A stretch of DNA of 64,000 nt, taken from positions 34,396-98,395 of the forward strand of contig JAPLFD010000008.1 in the NCBI GenBank assembly GCA_026390835.1, written 5' to 3'. The translations under genes were made by a program, and so were the position numbers. Shown piece by piece: positions 46,280 to 56,881 of this stretch. Origin of the DNA: Sphingobacteriales bacterium. Lineage in GTDB: Bacteria > Bacteroidota > Bacteroidia > Sphingobacteriales > Sphingobacteriaceae. The notes under the pieces were generated by a model. It saw nothing but the letters and a program-made list of their open reading frames with translations, did not search any database and was not told where the DNA came from. Within the stretch, counting starts at the first letter, position 1; every line of letters begins with the position of its first letter.

Positions 46280-47479
46280 ATGCCTAAGCCGGTATACCTT
46301 TCAAGTTTTCAATTAGATTATTTGCGTGTTCAATTACAGCATGTTTCTGGCATTTCAATTTCCGATGCTAGGGGTTGTAAGTCTTTGGTTGAATACCTAG
46401 AAAAAACACACAAGGTATTTATTAGTGAGAGTACCTTAAAAAGGCTATTTGGTCTAATTTCTTCTAATAAATCAGCTTCCTTATATACCCTTAATTTAAT
46501 AGCCGAGGTATTGGGCTTTAAGAATTGGAAAAAACTGATAGAGCGTATAGAACACACCAGTTTTGAAGAAATAAACCATGTCTTATTAAATCATTTTGTA
46601 CCCAAACAAGGGTTGGTACCCACTTCCTTTTTAAATTCCCCCGAATTAAAATTAAATTCCTGGTCTGAGGCCTACCAATTGTATATTTATTCCTCTAATT
46701 TAATAGTAAGTCAAAATTGGGAGGCCATGCACGAATTGTTTGATTGTGCAGTAAATTCTGAAGATTTACAACAGTTTGATTACCTCATTTTTGCTTTTCA
46801 GCCTTTTTGTTTGCATGCTTTCCAAGGTAATCAAGCATTAATCGATTTTATAAATGCAAAACTTGAAACCTCTGAAATTGCCCAAATATTTATACTTACC
46901 GGGCAGGTATTCGATGCCAAATTAACTGACTATTACGGTCGTTGGATTGATACCTTATCGCAAGATATTCCCGAAAAATTGTATCCTTTCATTAAACTCA
47001 TGCAATGCCAAAAGCAGTACATGAATAAGAATACATCGGCTGCTCAGCACACACTTAGTGAAGTGATTAAATATAGTGTAACCCAAGCAATACATCCTAT
47101 ATTAAAGGGTAGAGTAGGAGCTTGGAGTTATATTTTAAATCAGGACGAAGACTATTTAAACAGGGCCCTGGCTAAGTATAGCGATGAATTGTCGCAAATA
47201 GAAATTTTGCAATTTGCCAGTCGCTTGGTTTGGCAATATGCAGATGCTGAAAAAGTATTCAAGCAATTTGATAATTTATCGCACACGGAAGCTAATTTAA
47301 CCAATACTTTTTACCAAAAAGGACGCTTAGATTGCTATAAATTGGCTAAAGCCTATAATCTTAAACTTCAAAAATCTACCCAATACAAAGAAGTTTTAAA
47401 AGAGGTAAACCCACATTACTTCCATCTTTCCGATTTAGCCTGGTTGCAAGCCCAACACCAACAACTAATGATGGGTTAA
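46280..47479 (+). CDS. hypothetical protein: N-terminal HTH-like module plus all-helical C-terminal domain
   Basis: 399 aa. Residues ~25-90 (ISDARGCKSLVEYL...ISESTLKRLFGL...TLNLIAEVLGFKNWKKL) resemble a helix-turn-helix module seen on Bacteroidota orphans. I do not recognise the rest, which looks helical. It lies 41 nt after the DMT gene and is followed by a terminator. Confidence 0.5.
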   Translation: MPKPVYLSSFQLDYLRVQLQHVSGISISDARGCKSLVEYLEKTHKVFISESTLKRLFGLISSNKSASLYTLNLIAEVLGFKNWKKLIERIEHTSFEEINHVLLNHFVPKQGLVPTSFLNSPELKLNSWSEAYQLYIYSSNLIVSQNWEAMHELFDCAVNSEDLQQFDYLIFAFQPFCLHAFQGNQALIDFINAKLETSEIAQIFILTGQVFDAKLTDYYGRWIDTLSQDIPEKLYPFIKLMQCQKQYMNKNTSAAQHTLSEVIKYSVTQAIHPILKGRVGAWSYILNQDEDYLNRALAKYSDELSQIEILQFASRLVWQYADAEKVFKQFDNLSHTEANLTNTFYQKGRLDCYKLAKAYNLKLQKSTQYKEVLKEVNPHYFHLSDLAWLQAQHQQLMMG

Positions 47480-47542
47480 TTGTAAGCAGTATATATTTGT
47501 CTTATAATTAATATTATGTTAAATAATAATTTTGGATAAAAG

Positions 47543-47575
47543 AAAACCCCAACCTATTTATAGATTGGGGTTTTT
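47543..47575. terminator. bidirectional intrinsic terminator between convergent genes
   Basis: AAAACCCCAA (47543-47552) pairs with TTGGGGTTTT (47565-47574). The A-run and T-run allow termination on either strand. Confidence 0.75.
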
Positions 47576-47594
47576 AGGTAGTAAAGTATATACC

Positions 47595-48770
47595 CTATTG
47601 CAAAGCAGTAATTTGTTTGGTTAACTCGGCAACTTTAGCTGTGTTCTTTTTTATCACGTAATACGTTTTTAAGTTTTGTAAAGCATTCAACGATTTAGGG
47701 TCAATTTTAACCGCTTTATCTAAATACGGAAACGCACGATCGAATTCAACAAAAGCAGCTTTCATGGCTGCATCGTACTCCTTTTGTTTATTTGCAGGTA
47801 ACGTATTGGCTTTATTATATAAGTCAATACCGTTGTTTAAAATGCCACTACCTAAATTTAAAGTAGCATCAAAATAATTGGCATCAAGGTCAATGGCTTT
47901 TTTGTAAGCATCTTCCGCCTTTTTAAATTCTTTTAGCGCATCGTAAGCAATACCTAAATAAAAATGCTCCAGTTTATTTTTTGGGTCTAAGGTTATTTGA
48001 GCTAAGATTCTTTCAATTACTTGTTTTTGTTTTCCGCTCATTAAACTCAATTCAATTTCTTGGGTAGCTAAAGCTTGGTCATTAAATTTAGTAGCGTATA
48101 CAGATGCAATTCGAATAGCATTTACAGTGTCTTTTTGCATACTGTATAGTTTAGATAGATCTAAGGCAATTTCTCTGTTAGCCGAGTAATCAGTTGTCAA
48201 TAACTCTTCATATCTTTTAATTGCAGAAGTGTAATCTACAGCGTTTATAGCCGCTAAACCACTATAATAAGTTAATAGGGTATCAGCAGGACGGTAAATT
48301 AGAGATTGCTCAAAAGCTGTATATGCTTGTTTAAAATCTTGGGCTTGAAATGCTTTAACGCCTTTATTTAATTGAAATTGAGCGAAAGCATCATTACCTG
48401 CAGTAATCAGATTGGCATTTTTCTTGTCCGTATCCATTTCTACTGCTTTCGAAAAATCATCTCCTGCACTTTTAATAAGGGCCTCGGCAGTTGCGGCATC
48501 AGCTTCATTTAGTGCTAAATTTGCATAAATAAGTGCTTTATAAGCCCATGTGCTGGCATCTATAGCCGTTTTTTCATTCAGGGCAGCCTTGTCTATAGAG
48601 GTTTTAGCAATAGTTAAACTTGGGCCCGCTAAAGTCAAAGAGCCTGCATCTTTTAAGGCAATGTATTTCTCATAATTGGTTTTTGCAGTAATCAACTCCC
48701 CTTTTTGTGCAGAGGCACTGTACGCACAGCCTAAAAAAGCAAAGGCGAATACAAGTGATTTCATGTTCAT
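47595..48770 (-). CDS. TPR-repeat protein, secreted/periplasmic
   Basis: 391 aa with a signal peptide (AFAFLGCAYSASA). There are multiple 34-aa TPR-like repeats with A/Y/L periodicity. It lies directly downstream of gyrA. Confidence 0.75.
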   Translation of the reverse strand: MNMKSLVFAFAFLGCAYSASAQKGELITAKTNYEKYIALKDAGSLTLAGPSLTIAKTSIDKAALNEKTAIDASTWAYKALIYANLALNEADAATAEALIKSAGDDFSKAVEMDTDKKNANLITAGNDAFAQFQLNKGVKAFQAQDFKQAYTAFEQSLIYRPADTLLTYYSGLAAINAVDYTSAIKRYEELLTTDYSANREIALDLSKLYSMQKDTVNAIRIASVYATKFNDQALATQEIELSLMSGKQKQVIERILAQITLDPKNKLEHFYLGIAYDALKEFKKAEDAYKKAIDLDANYFDATLNLGSGILNNGIDLYNKANTLPANKQKEYDAAMKAAFVEFDRAFPYLDKAVKIDPKSLNALQNLKTYYVIKKNTAKVAELTKQITALQ

Positions 48771-48798
48771 AAGTTAAAATTTATTGGTTAATATTCGT

Positions 48799-51381
48799 TT
48801 ATTCTGGATTTTCTTCAGTAGGCTCCACTCCTGTTTCTGGCGTGCTTACATCGGGTGTATCTTCTGTAACGGCACCTTCAACAGCAATCGTATCTTCTAA
48901 GTCGCTTTCTTCTTCGTGGGCAACTTTGGCAATAGAAGCAATTTCATCTTCACCTTTAAAGGTAATTAAGCGAACGCCTTGTGTAGCTCTGCCCATTACA
49001 CGTAAATCGGCTACGCCAATACGAATCACAATACCCGATTTATTGATAATCATTAAATCATCGGTATCTACCACATCTTTAATGGCAACCAATTCACCGG
49101 TTTTATCGGTAATATTAATGGTTTTAACACCTTTACCTCCACGGTTCGTTACCCGATAATCTTCAATATCGGTACGTTTACCATACCCTTTCTCAGAAAC
49201 CACCAATACCGTTACTTCTGGATTGTTTACGGTAATCATGCCAATTACTTCATCTTTAGCATGTGCCAAGGTTACACCACGCACACCAGTTGCCGTACGA
49301 CCCATTGGGCGAACGGTAGATTCGTTAAATCGAATGGCTCTGCCGGAGCGTAAGGCCATTAAAACTTCACTTTGGCCATTGGTTAAGCAAGCCTCTAATA
49401 ATTGATCACCTTCGTTAATATTAATGGCGTTAATACCATTGGCACGAGGACGAGAGTATGCTGCTAACGACGTTTTCTTAATGGTACCTTTCTTGGTACA
49501 CATAATAATGAAGTTGTTTTCTAAGTACTCTTGGTCTTTCAGGTTAATTACCTTAATAAAAGCCTTAATTTTCTCTTCTTTCGGAATATTGATGATGTTC
49601 TGAATAGCTCTTCCTTTAGAAGTACGAGTACCTTCCGGAATTTCGAATGCACGCAACCAAAAACAACGTCCGGCTTCGGTAAAGAACAACATATAGTTAT
49701 GTGCCGATGCCGTAATGATGTGCTCAATAAAGTCTTCATCTCTCGATTGAGAACCCATAGAACCTTTTCCACCTCTACCCTGAATGCGGTAATCGGTTAG
49801 TGGCGTACGTTTAATATAACCTTCGTGCGAAATGGTAATAACCACTTCTTCGTCGGCAATAAAGTCTTCCATGCGCATATCTTCTGCAGAATGCACAATT
49901 ACCGAACGACGCTCATCGCCATATTTCTCTCTAATTTCTATCAATTCGTCTTTGATGATTCGCATACGCATATCCTCATCGGCCAAAATAGATTTCAAGA
50001 ATTCGATGGTTTTCATCAACTCAGCATACTCATCTTTAATTTTATCACGCTCTAGTCCGGTTAAACGGCGTAGCGTCATATCCAGAATAGCTCTCGATTG
50101 AATGTCAGAAAGGCCGAATTTCTCCATCAAGCCCGTACGAGCATCTTCTGGCGTATCCGAATTGCGAATCAATTTAATTACTTCGTCTAAATGATCTAAT
50201 GCAATTAATAAACCCTCTAAAATATGGGCACGTTTTTCGGCTTCGGCTAATTCAAATTTGGTTCTGCGTACTACAACTTCGTGGCGGTGTTCCACAAAGT
50301 ATTTAATCATATCCTTTAAGTTCAATAACTGCGGACGGCCCTTTACCAAGGCAATGTTATTTACTGAAAATGAGGTTTGTAAAGCAGTATATTTAAATAA
50401 ATTGTTTAATACAATAGATGAGTTAGCATCTCGTTTAATTTCGTACACAATACGCATACCTTCTCTATCCGATTCATCCCGAATTTCAGAGATACCTTCA
50501 ATTTTTTTCTCGTTTACCAATTCGGCAGTACGCTCAATCATATTGGCCTTATTTACCTGATAGGGTATTTCGGTTACAATAATGCGTTCTCTGTCGTTTC
50601 CGTAGGTTTCAATCTCGGCCTTAGCACGCATCATAATACGGCCTCTACCGGTTTCGAAAGCCTCTTGCACGCCTGCGTAGCCGTAAATTATCCCTCCTGT
50701 TGGGAAATCGGGTGCTTTAACGTATTGCATTAGGCCAGAAACCTCAATGTTATTATCGTCTATATATGCGGTAATGGCGTTAATAACCTCGGTAAGGTTG
50801 TGTGGGGCCATATTGGTGGCCATACCCACGGCAATACCCGAAGCACCGTTTACCAATAAATTAGGAATTTTGGTTGGTAAAACGGTTGGTTCTTCTAAGG
50901 AATCATCAAAATTTAATTGATAATCAATAGTGTCTTTATTGATATCATTTAACATTTCTTCGGCAATTTTCTTCAATCTAGCCTCAGTATAACGCATAGC
51001 AGCCGGGCTATCTCCATCAATAGAGCCAAAGTTTCCTTGACCATCTACCATGGGGTATCGTAAGCTCCAATCTTGAGCCATACGTACCATGGTATCGTAA
51101 ACCGATGAATCGCCGTGTGGGTGATACTTACCCAATACATCACCGACAATACGGGCCGATTTTTTATAAGGCTTGGTACTAGTTACGCCCAAATCGAGCA
51201 TACCATACAATACCCGGCGGTGTACAGGTTTTAAGCCGTCTCGAACATCGGGCAAAGCACGGGAAACGATTACCGACATCGAATAATCGATGTAGGCAGA
51301 TTTCATTTCCTCTTCAATATTAATTGGGATTATTCTGTCGTTTGTAGGTTCCAAATTTCCTTTTTCTGTTTCTTCAGCCAT
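48799..51381 (-). CDS. gyrA: DNA gyrase subunit A
   Basis: 860 aa. The active-site region AAMRYTE, the QRDR-like [10 protein letters not shown] and a C-terminal beta-pinwheel repeat region with an acidic tail. Confidence 0.97.
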   Translation of the reverse strand: MAEETEKGNLEPTNDRIIPINIEEEMKSAYIDYSMSVIVSRALPDVRDGLKPVHRRVLYGMLDLGVTSTKPYKKSARIVGDVLGKYHPHGDSSVYDTMVRMAQDWSLRYPMVDGQGNFGSIDGDSPAAMRYTEARLKKIAEEMLNDINKDTIDYQLNFDDSLEEPTVLPTKIPNLLVNGASGIAVGMATNMAPHNLTEVINAITAYIDDNNIEVSGLMQYVKAPDFPTGGIIYGYAGVQEAFETGRGRIMMRAKAEIETYGNDRERIIVTEIPYQVNKANMIERTAELVNEKKIEGISEIRDESDREGMRIVYEIKRDANSSIVLNNLFKYTALQTSFSVNNIALVKGRPQLLNLKDMIKYFVEHRHEVVVRRTKFELAEAEKRAHILEGLLIALDHLDEVIKLIRNSDTPEDARTGLMEKFGLSDIQSRAILDMTLRRLTGLERDKIKDEYAELMKTIEFLKSILADEDMRMRIIKDELIEIREKYGDERRSVIVHSAEDMRMEDFIADEEVVITISHEGYIKRTPLTDYRIQGRGGKGSMGSQSRDEDFIEHIITASAHNYMLFFTEAGRCFWLRAFEIPEGTRTSKGRAIQNIINIPKEEKIKAFIKVINLKDQEYLENNFIIMCTKKGTIKKTSLAAYSRPRANGINAININEGDQLLEACLTNGQSEVLMALRSGRAIRFNESTVRPMGRTATGVRGVTLAHAKDEVIGMITVNNPEVTVLVVSEKGYGKRTDIEDYRVTNRGGKGVKTINITDKTGELVAIKDVVDTDDLMIINKSGIVIRIGVADLRVMGRATQGVRLITFKGEDEIASIAKVAHEEESDLEDTIAVEGAVTEDTPDVSTPETGVEPTEENPE

Positions 51382-51520
51382 TTCGTTTGGTAATCTTGCT
51401 AATTTTAGTTTTTCTTGTTAAAATATGCGTAAAGCATACGCGAATATACATATTTGAAAAACGTAATTTAGGCAGTGTGGAAAAGTTTTGCGTTTGCTAG
51501 AAAAAGGCTTTATCGGGTCT

Positions 51521-52423
51521 TTAAACCCAATTTATATCTTTCTTTAAGAGCGATAAAGTTTCGGCCTCTAAACTTCCTTCGGTTGGTATGAAATTATACA
51601 CCCAATTTGCTTGGGGCGGTAGGCTCATTAAGATTGATTCAATACGGCCATTGGTTTCCAATCCAAACTTTGTTCCGGCGTCATATACGAGGTTAAATTC
51701 GGCATAACGGCTTCGGCGTTGGTATTGCCACTCCTTTTGTTCATGAGTAAAAGCTTTACCGCGATTACGAGCAATAAGCTCTGTATAAAGAGGCAAAAAG
51801 CTACGCCCAAGGGCTTTAGAGAATTCGAAAATTTCATCCCAAGCAATGTTTGCGGTCTTAGGACTTAAGCGATCGTAGAAGATTCCGCCAATGCCACGGG
51901 TTTCCTCACGGTGTTTTATGTAAAAGTAATTATCGGCCCAGGTTTTAAATTCTTGGTAAAACGTTTTATTAAAACTATCGCAAACCTTTTTTAATCCTTT
52001 GTGAAAGAATTGGGCGTCTTCGGAAATGATGTAATGCGGGGTTAAATCGATACCGCCACCAAACCAACGAACTTCTTCGGAGAGTTCGAAATAGCGAATA
52101 TTCATATGAATAATAGGCACCCAAGGATGGTTAGGATGAATCACTATAGAAATTCCGGTAGCAAAAAAGTCCTCTTCGCTTACGCCAAAAGCTTTTTTAA
52201 TGGGTTCGGGTAATTTGCCATATACCGCCGAAAAATTAACGCCTCCTTTCTCAATAATGTCTCCATGTTGTAGTATTCGGGTTCGACCCCCTCCTCCACC
52301 TTCACGTTCCCAAATCTCTTCTTCAAATTTTCCTAAACCATCGGCCAATTCTAAACCGGCGCAAATTTCGTCTTGAATAGTTTGGTAAGCTGTTGCTATT
52401 TCTTCACGTGTAGGCATATCCAA
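51521..52423 (-). CDS. hemF: oxygen-dependent coproporphyrinogen III oxidase
   Basis: 300 aa. GGGGRTR, FEKGGVNFS and GGGIDLTP motifs. Confidence 0.92.
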   Translation of the reverse strand: MDMPTREEIATAYQTIQDEICAGLELADGLGKFEEEIWEREGGGGGRTRILQHGDIIEKGGVNFSAVYGKLPEPIKKAFGVSEEDFFATGISIVIHPNHPWVPIIHMNIRYFELSEEVRWFGGGIDLTPHYIISEDAQFFHKGLKKVCDSFNKTFYQEFKTWADNYFYIKHREETRGIGGIFYDRLSPKTANIAWDEIFEFSKALGRSFLPLYTELIARNRGKAFTHEQKEWQYQRRSRYAEFNLVYDAGTKFGLETNGRIESILMSLPPQANWVYNFIPTEGSLEAETLSLLKKDINWV

Positions 52424-52483
52424 AAATGAGATTTTTAAATGAATTTTTAGGGCTGGAATAAATAATTAGACAAAGAGATGATG

Positions 52484-53725
52484 TTAGAGGCCTATTTCTC
52501 CAGATTCTTCTATATAATCTAAGTCTTTACCAAAAGTTTCTTCAAGATGCCATAAGGCCCAATACGCTATGCATACGGTACTTGTGCCTACCATAATAGC
52601 TGCATTTACCAATCCATAATGTGCTTTTAGGCTGGTAAAAGCTAGGGTAACTAAAATGAGAGAGCCACGTACCATATTGGGCACCGTAGTAGTTACAGTT
52701 GCTCGTAAATTGGTGCCAAATTGTTCTGCTGCCATAGTAACAAATACCACCCAATAGCCTGTTGCTATACCAAAATAAACACAAAGTATATAAAATTGAG
52801 TAGCGCTTAGGCCGTTAGAGAATAGAAAGAATAAAATGCCAGCGAAGGTGAAGGTCAAAAAGATGAACACAATTTTCTTCCTAGTTTTGAACAGTTGGCT
52901 AAGGCTTCCACTTAAAAAATCGCCGAAGGCAATACCAATGTAGGTGAACATAATTCCTTTACCAGGCTCTATGGTACCGCTAATGCCCAAAGGTTTGGCA
53001 AAATCGGGGGCAATGCCTACCAAAATACCAACCACAAACCAAACCGGAACGGCAATTAAAATGCTGTGCACGTATTTTTTAACCCTGCTTTTACTAGAAA
53101 ACAATAGGCTTAAATCGCCCTTTTTTACGGGTTTGTTTTTCATATTGGCAAACATTCCCGATTCAAATACTCCGATTCGGAGTAAGAGCAATAGCATTCC
53201 TAAGCCGCCACCTACTAAATATGCAATGCGCCAATTAAAGGTAGCACCTACAAAATAAGCTGCCACCGCACCCAACAAACCAATGCTGGCTACCAGCATG
53301 GTTCCATATCCTCTATTTTCTTTGCTCATGGTTTCGCTAATGAGCGTAATTCCAGCACCGAGTTCGCCGGCTAAGCCTATGCCAGCTATAAACCGCAAGG
53401 CCGCATACCAACTTACATCTTGTACCAAGCCGTTGGCAATATTGGCTAATGAATACAGTAGAATTGAGCCGAAGAGTACATAAATTCGGCCTTTTTTATC
53501 GCCCAATATACCCCAAAGTATGCCACCAATTAGTAAGCCAGCCATTTGCCAATTCATTAATTCTAAACCAATGGAAGTAAGTTTATCGGCAGGCACTCCC
53601 AAATCTGTTAAACTTTTATTTTTAACAATTAAAAAAAGCAATAAGTCATATATATCTACAAAATAACCCAATGCAGCTACCAAAATAAGTAAGGATATAG
53701 ACCTTGAGAGTGGGCTATTTTTCAT
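52484..53725 (-). CDS. MFS transporter
   Basis: 413 aa counted from MKNSPLSRS (ATG at 53725), with 12 predicted TM helices and a GDKKGR loop motif. The longer ORF-track N-terminus would overlap the divergent promoter region. Confidence 0.8.
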   Translation of the reverse strand: MKNSPLSRSISLLILVAALGYFVDIYDLLLFLIVKNKSLTDLGVPADKLTSIGLELMNWQMAGLLIGGILWGILGDKKGRIYVLFGSILLYSLANIANGLVQDVSWYAALRFIAGIGLAGELGAGITLISETMSKENRGYGTMLVASIGLLGAVAAYFVGATFNWRIAYLVGGGLGMLLLLLRIGVFESGMFANMKNKPVKKGDLSLLFSSKSRVKKYVHSILIAVPVWFVVGILVGIAPDFAKPLGISGTIEPGKGIMFTYIGIAFGDFLSGSLSQLFKTRKKIVFIFLTFTFAGILFFLFSNGLSATQFYILCVYFGIATGYWVVFVTMAAEQFGTNLRATVTTTVPNMVRGSLILVTLAFTSLKAHYGLVNAAIMVGTSTVCIAYWALWHLEETFGKDLDYIEESGEIGL

Positions 53726-53810
53726 AATACAAGTGTAAAATAATTGAAAGTGTATAATATGTAGTTGCAAGTTATTAATTTTAGAATTCTTGCACACATC
53801 AAAACATAAA

Positions 53811-54965
53811 ATGGAAAATTTTGAACGCTTCAATCCCACCAAATTACTTTTTGGAAAAGATGTAATGGATGGCATTTGCACCGAATTAAAGCCACTGGGC
53901 AATCGAGCCTTTATTATTATTGGTAAAGAATCGGTAAAAAAGAATGGTCTTTACGCCCGTTTGGTTTCTTTATTAAATATTGGAGGCATTGCGCACCAAA
54001 CATTTGAGGGCATTAAATCAAATCCAATTTATCAGGATGCAGATGCAGCGGTGCAAGAAGCCAAAAAATTCGGAGCCGATTATATTATTGCTTTGGGTGG
54101 TGGTTCGGTGATAGATACAGCCAAAGCGGTAGCTATGGGAGTGTCGGTAAATCATTCTGTATGGGATTTTTATCTACAAAAAGCCAAGCCAGAAAAGGCC
54201 CTACCTATTTTTGCTATTTTAACTTTGGCCGCAACCGGTACAGAAATGAATCCATTTACAGTATTGCAAGATACCGAGGGTGGTTCTAAACGTGGATATG
54301 GATCTCCTTATTTGTATCCTAAGGTATCTTTTTTAGATCCAGCTTTAACCACTACCGTTCCAGCAGATTATACAGCTTATGGTGTAGCCGATTTAATGGC
54401 GCATGCGCTCGAGCAATTCTTTGGCTTAGGAAATTCGCCGCTAACCGATTTGCACACCGCAGCGGTGCTTAAATTAGCTGTAGAGTACGGAGAAAAGGTG
54501 GTAAGCCATCCCGATGATTACGATACTCGTGCAAATATTATGTGGTTGGCAACCACGGCTCTAAACGGTTCGTTAACTGCCGGTAAAAATGGAGGCGATT
54601 GGGCTTGTCATGGTTTTGAACACTCTTTAAGTGTATTATTTGATATTGCCCATGGTGCAGGTTTATCTATTGTGTTTCCAGCTTGGTTGAAACACAATCA
54701 GGATAAATTTCTTGATAAACTGGCGTTTTTAGCTAGACATGTTTTTGAATTAGATGGAAGCGATGAGCAAATTGCTCCTCAATTTATTGAAAAATTAGAG
54801 GCCTTTTTTACAACTATTCAAACGCCTACACGTTTAGCTCAAGCAAATATTGATAAAAGTTCTAAAGACGCTATTTTAGCTAACTTTAAACAACATAAAG
54901 TTTCTGGGCAGGTTTACAAACTAAACGAAGAAGACCACAGCGCAATATTAGACTTAATGTGGTAA
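53811..54965 (+). CDS. iron-containing (group III) alcohol dehydrogenase, YqhD/butanol-dehydrogenase-like
   Basis: 384 aa counted from MENFERFNPTKLLFGKD. GGGSVIDTAK and the metal-binding His region (HGFEHSLS...HGAG). Confidence 0.82.
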   Translation: MENFERFNPTKLLFGKDVMDGICTELKPLGNRAFIIIGKESVKKNGLYARLVSLLNIGGIAHQTFEGIKSNPIYQDADAAVQEAKKFGADYIIALGGGSVIDTAKAVAMGVSVNHSVWDFYLQKAKPEKALPIFAILTLAATGTEMNPFTVLQDTEGGSKRGYGSPYLYPKVSFLDPALTTTVPADYTAYGVADLMAHALEQFFGLGNSPLTDLHTAAVLKLAVEYGEKVVSHPDDYDTRANIMWLATTALNGSLTAGKNGGDWACHGFEHSLSVLFDIAHGAGLSIVFPAWLKHNQDKFLDKLAFLARHVFELDGSDEQIAPQFIEKLEAFFTTIQTPTRLAQANIDKSSKDAILANFKQHKVSGQVYKLNEEDHSAILDLMW

Positions 54966-54975
54966 AATCCTAAAA

Positions 54976-55461
54976 ATGAAAATATCGGAAAAGGCTCTTA
55001 CTTGGGTCATGCGACTATACCCTCCACTCCTTTTCCAACGTATTTGGGTCCGGAGTTTTGAGCCAGGTTTTAGCGGCGTTGATGTAGTTATTGTAAAGAG
55101 TTTTATGAACAAAAACTATAATAAATCTATCTTCGGAGGCACCATTTTCACCGCTACCGATCCATTTTACGCTATTTTATTCGATCAGGTACTACAACGA
55201 AGAGGGCTAAAATGCCGTGTTTGGCTTAAAAGTGCGCAAATTAATTACCTAAAACCTGGCCGAACAAACCTCAGTTTTCGCATTCATCTTTCAGAAACTG
55301 ATTTGAAAGAAGCTGAAGAAATACTGCATACCCACGGAAAATATGTAAAAAGTTTTCCAATAGAATTATACGACACCAATGGCGTATTATGTGCTTCGGT
55401 TCAAAACGAAGTATACATTCGAAATTTACATAAAGGCGAAGCCGATATTGTAGCCTATTAA
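54976..55461 (+). CDS. hotdog-fold protein, DUF4442/PaaI-like (tentative)
   Basis: 161 aa. The size and FGGTIFTATDPFY motif suggest a thioesterase-like hotdog protein. This is my recollection only. Confidence 0.4.
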   Translation: MKISEKALTWVMRLYPPLLFQRIWVRSFEPGFSGVDVVIVKSFMNKNYNKSIFGGTIFTATDPFYAILFDQVLQRRGLKCRVWLKSAQINYLKPGRTNLSFRIHLSETDLKEAEEILHTHGKYVKSFPIELYDTNGVLCASVQNEVYIRNLHKGEADIVAY

Positions 55462-55516
55462 ATTTATATAAGCTATTTATTAATAGCTTATTATCATACT
55501 TTAATTTACCTAACAC

Positions 55517-56881
55517 TTGAAGAAACTGTACTACACATACAAGCCGCATTATAAAACCAATTTAGCCTTGGCTATACCGGTGGTCATATCTCAATTGGGG
55601 CATACCTTGGTGCATACAGCCGATAGTGTTATTGTCGGTCATTTCGCCGGAACCATCCCATTGGCAGCAGTTTCGCTCGTAAATAGTGTGTTTACCATTG
55701 TATTGGTATTGGGTATTGGCATTTCCTATGGCATAACGCCACTCATTGCACAAGAAAATGGGCGTAAAAACTATACAGAATGCGGCAAATTGCTGTATAA
55801 TAGTTTAGTGATAAGTGCAATTACAGGTTTAGTACTGTATTCTGCCATCTATTTTGGTACCATGGCCGCCATTGACCATTTGGGACAAACGCCGGAAGTG
55901 GTTACTGAAGCTAAACCATTTTTATCACTTTTATCTATTTCTATCATTCCATTGATGTTTTTTATGACGGCCAAGCAGTTTGCCGAAGGCCTTGGCTTTA
56001 CTAAACAAGCTATGTACATTTCTATTTGGGGCAATGTGTTGAATATCGTATTGGGCATTATTTTCGTAAAGGGATTATTTGGTATCAGCCCGATGGGTGT
56101 GAGAGGTGTTGGTTTGGCTACTTTAATAGATAGAACGATAATGGGTGTAGTCATGGTGGCTTATATTTTTCGTTCTAGCCATTTTAAACGGTATTTGAAA
56201 GAATTTGGGCGTGCGGCACTCACCAAAGCTCGATCGATTAGTATTTTAAAAATTGGTACACCTGTGGCCTTACAATATACGTTTGAAATAAGCGCCTTTA
56301 GCGGAGCCGCAATTTTAATGGGTACACTTGGGGCCGTTCATCAAGCGGCACATCAGGTGGCTATAAACATGGCCGCCATGACCTACATGATGGCTAGCGG
56401 TGTTGCAGCAGCCGCTGCTATAAAAACCGGTAATAATTTTGGCGGAAAAGAATTCAAACAGTTGCGCTTATCGGCTATATCAAGTTACCATATAGTGGTG
56501 GTCTTTATGAGTATTACGGCCCTGGTATTTGTATTTTTTAATAACTACTTGCCATTCATGTATACCGAAGATACCCGTGTAATTGCTATTGCCGCACAAT
56601 TGTTAATTATAGCCGGTTTTTTCCAATTATTTGATGGAACGCAAGTAGTTGGTTTAGGTGTTTTAAGAGGTATGGGCGATGTAAATATACCTACTCTTTT
56701 TACCTTTATTGCCTATTGGCTTGTAGGTTTACCAATGGCGTATTTTTTAGGAATTATGCAAGGCTTAGGCGCCAATGGTATTTGGTACGGGCTTACCTTA
56801 GGCTTATTGGTTTCCTCTGCCCTCTTGTTTATGCGATTCCAGTATTTTAGTAGGAAACTAATTCTAAGTATACCAAATTAA
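55517..56881 (+). CDS. MATE-family efflux transporter
   Basis: 454 aa with 12 TM helices and an N-terminal ...LALAIPVVISQLGH... motif. The start is a TTG. Confidence 0.85.
   Translation: MKKLYYTYKPHYKTNLALAIPVVISQLGHTLVHTADSVIVGHFAGTIPLAAVSLVNSVFTIVLVLGIGISYGITPLIAQENGRKNYTECGKLLYNSLVISAITGLVLYSAIYFGTMAAIDHLGQTPEVVTEAKPFLSLLSISIIPLMFFMTAKQFAEGLGFTKQAMYISIWGNVLNIVLGIIFVKGLFGISPMGVRGVGLATLIDRTIMGVVMVAYIFRSSHFKRYLKEFGRAALTKARSISILKIGTPVALQYTFEISAFSGAAILMGTLGAVHQAAHQVAINMAAMTYMMASGVAAAAAIKTGNNFGGKEFKQLRLSAISSYHIVVVFMSITALVFVFFNNYLPFMYTEDTRVIAIAAQLLIIAGFFQLFDGTQVVGLGVLRGMGDVNIPTLFTFIAYWLVGLPMAYFLGIMQGLGANGIWYGLTLGLLVSSALLFMRFQYFSRKLILSIPN

Noticed and set aside
48842-50560. Cluster of 60-105 aa plus-strand ORFs inside gyrA
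   Set aside because: All are embedded antisense in gyrA. Their composition is Ser/Ile/Arg-rich with no motifs, and gyrA is uninterrupted.
55468-55491. 8-bp palindrome ATAAGCTA/TAGCTTAT after the DUF4442-like gene, as a terminator or operator
   Set aside because: The stem is AT-rich with an 8-nt loop and no downstream T-tract. It could be a weak terminator or simply chance in AT-rich DNA. There is not enough support for a feature call.
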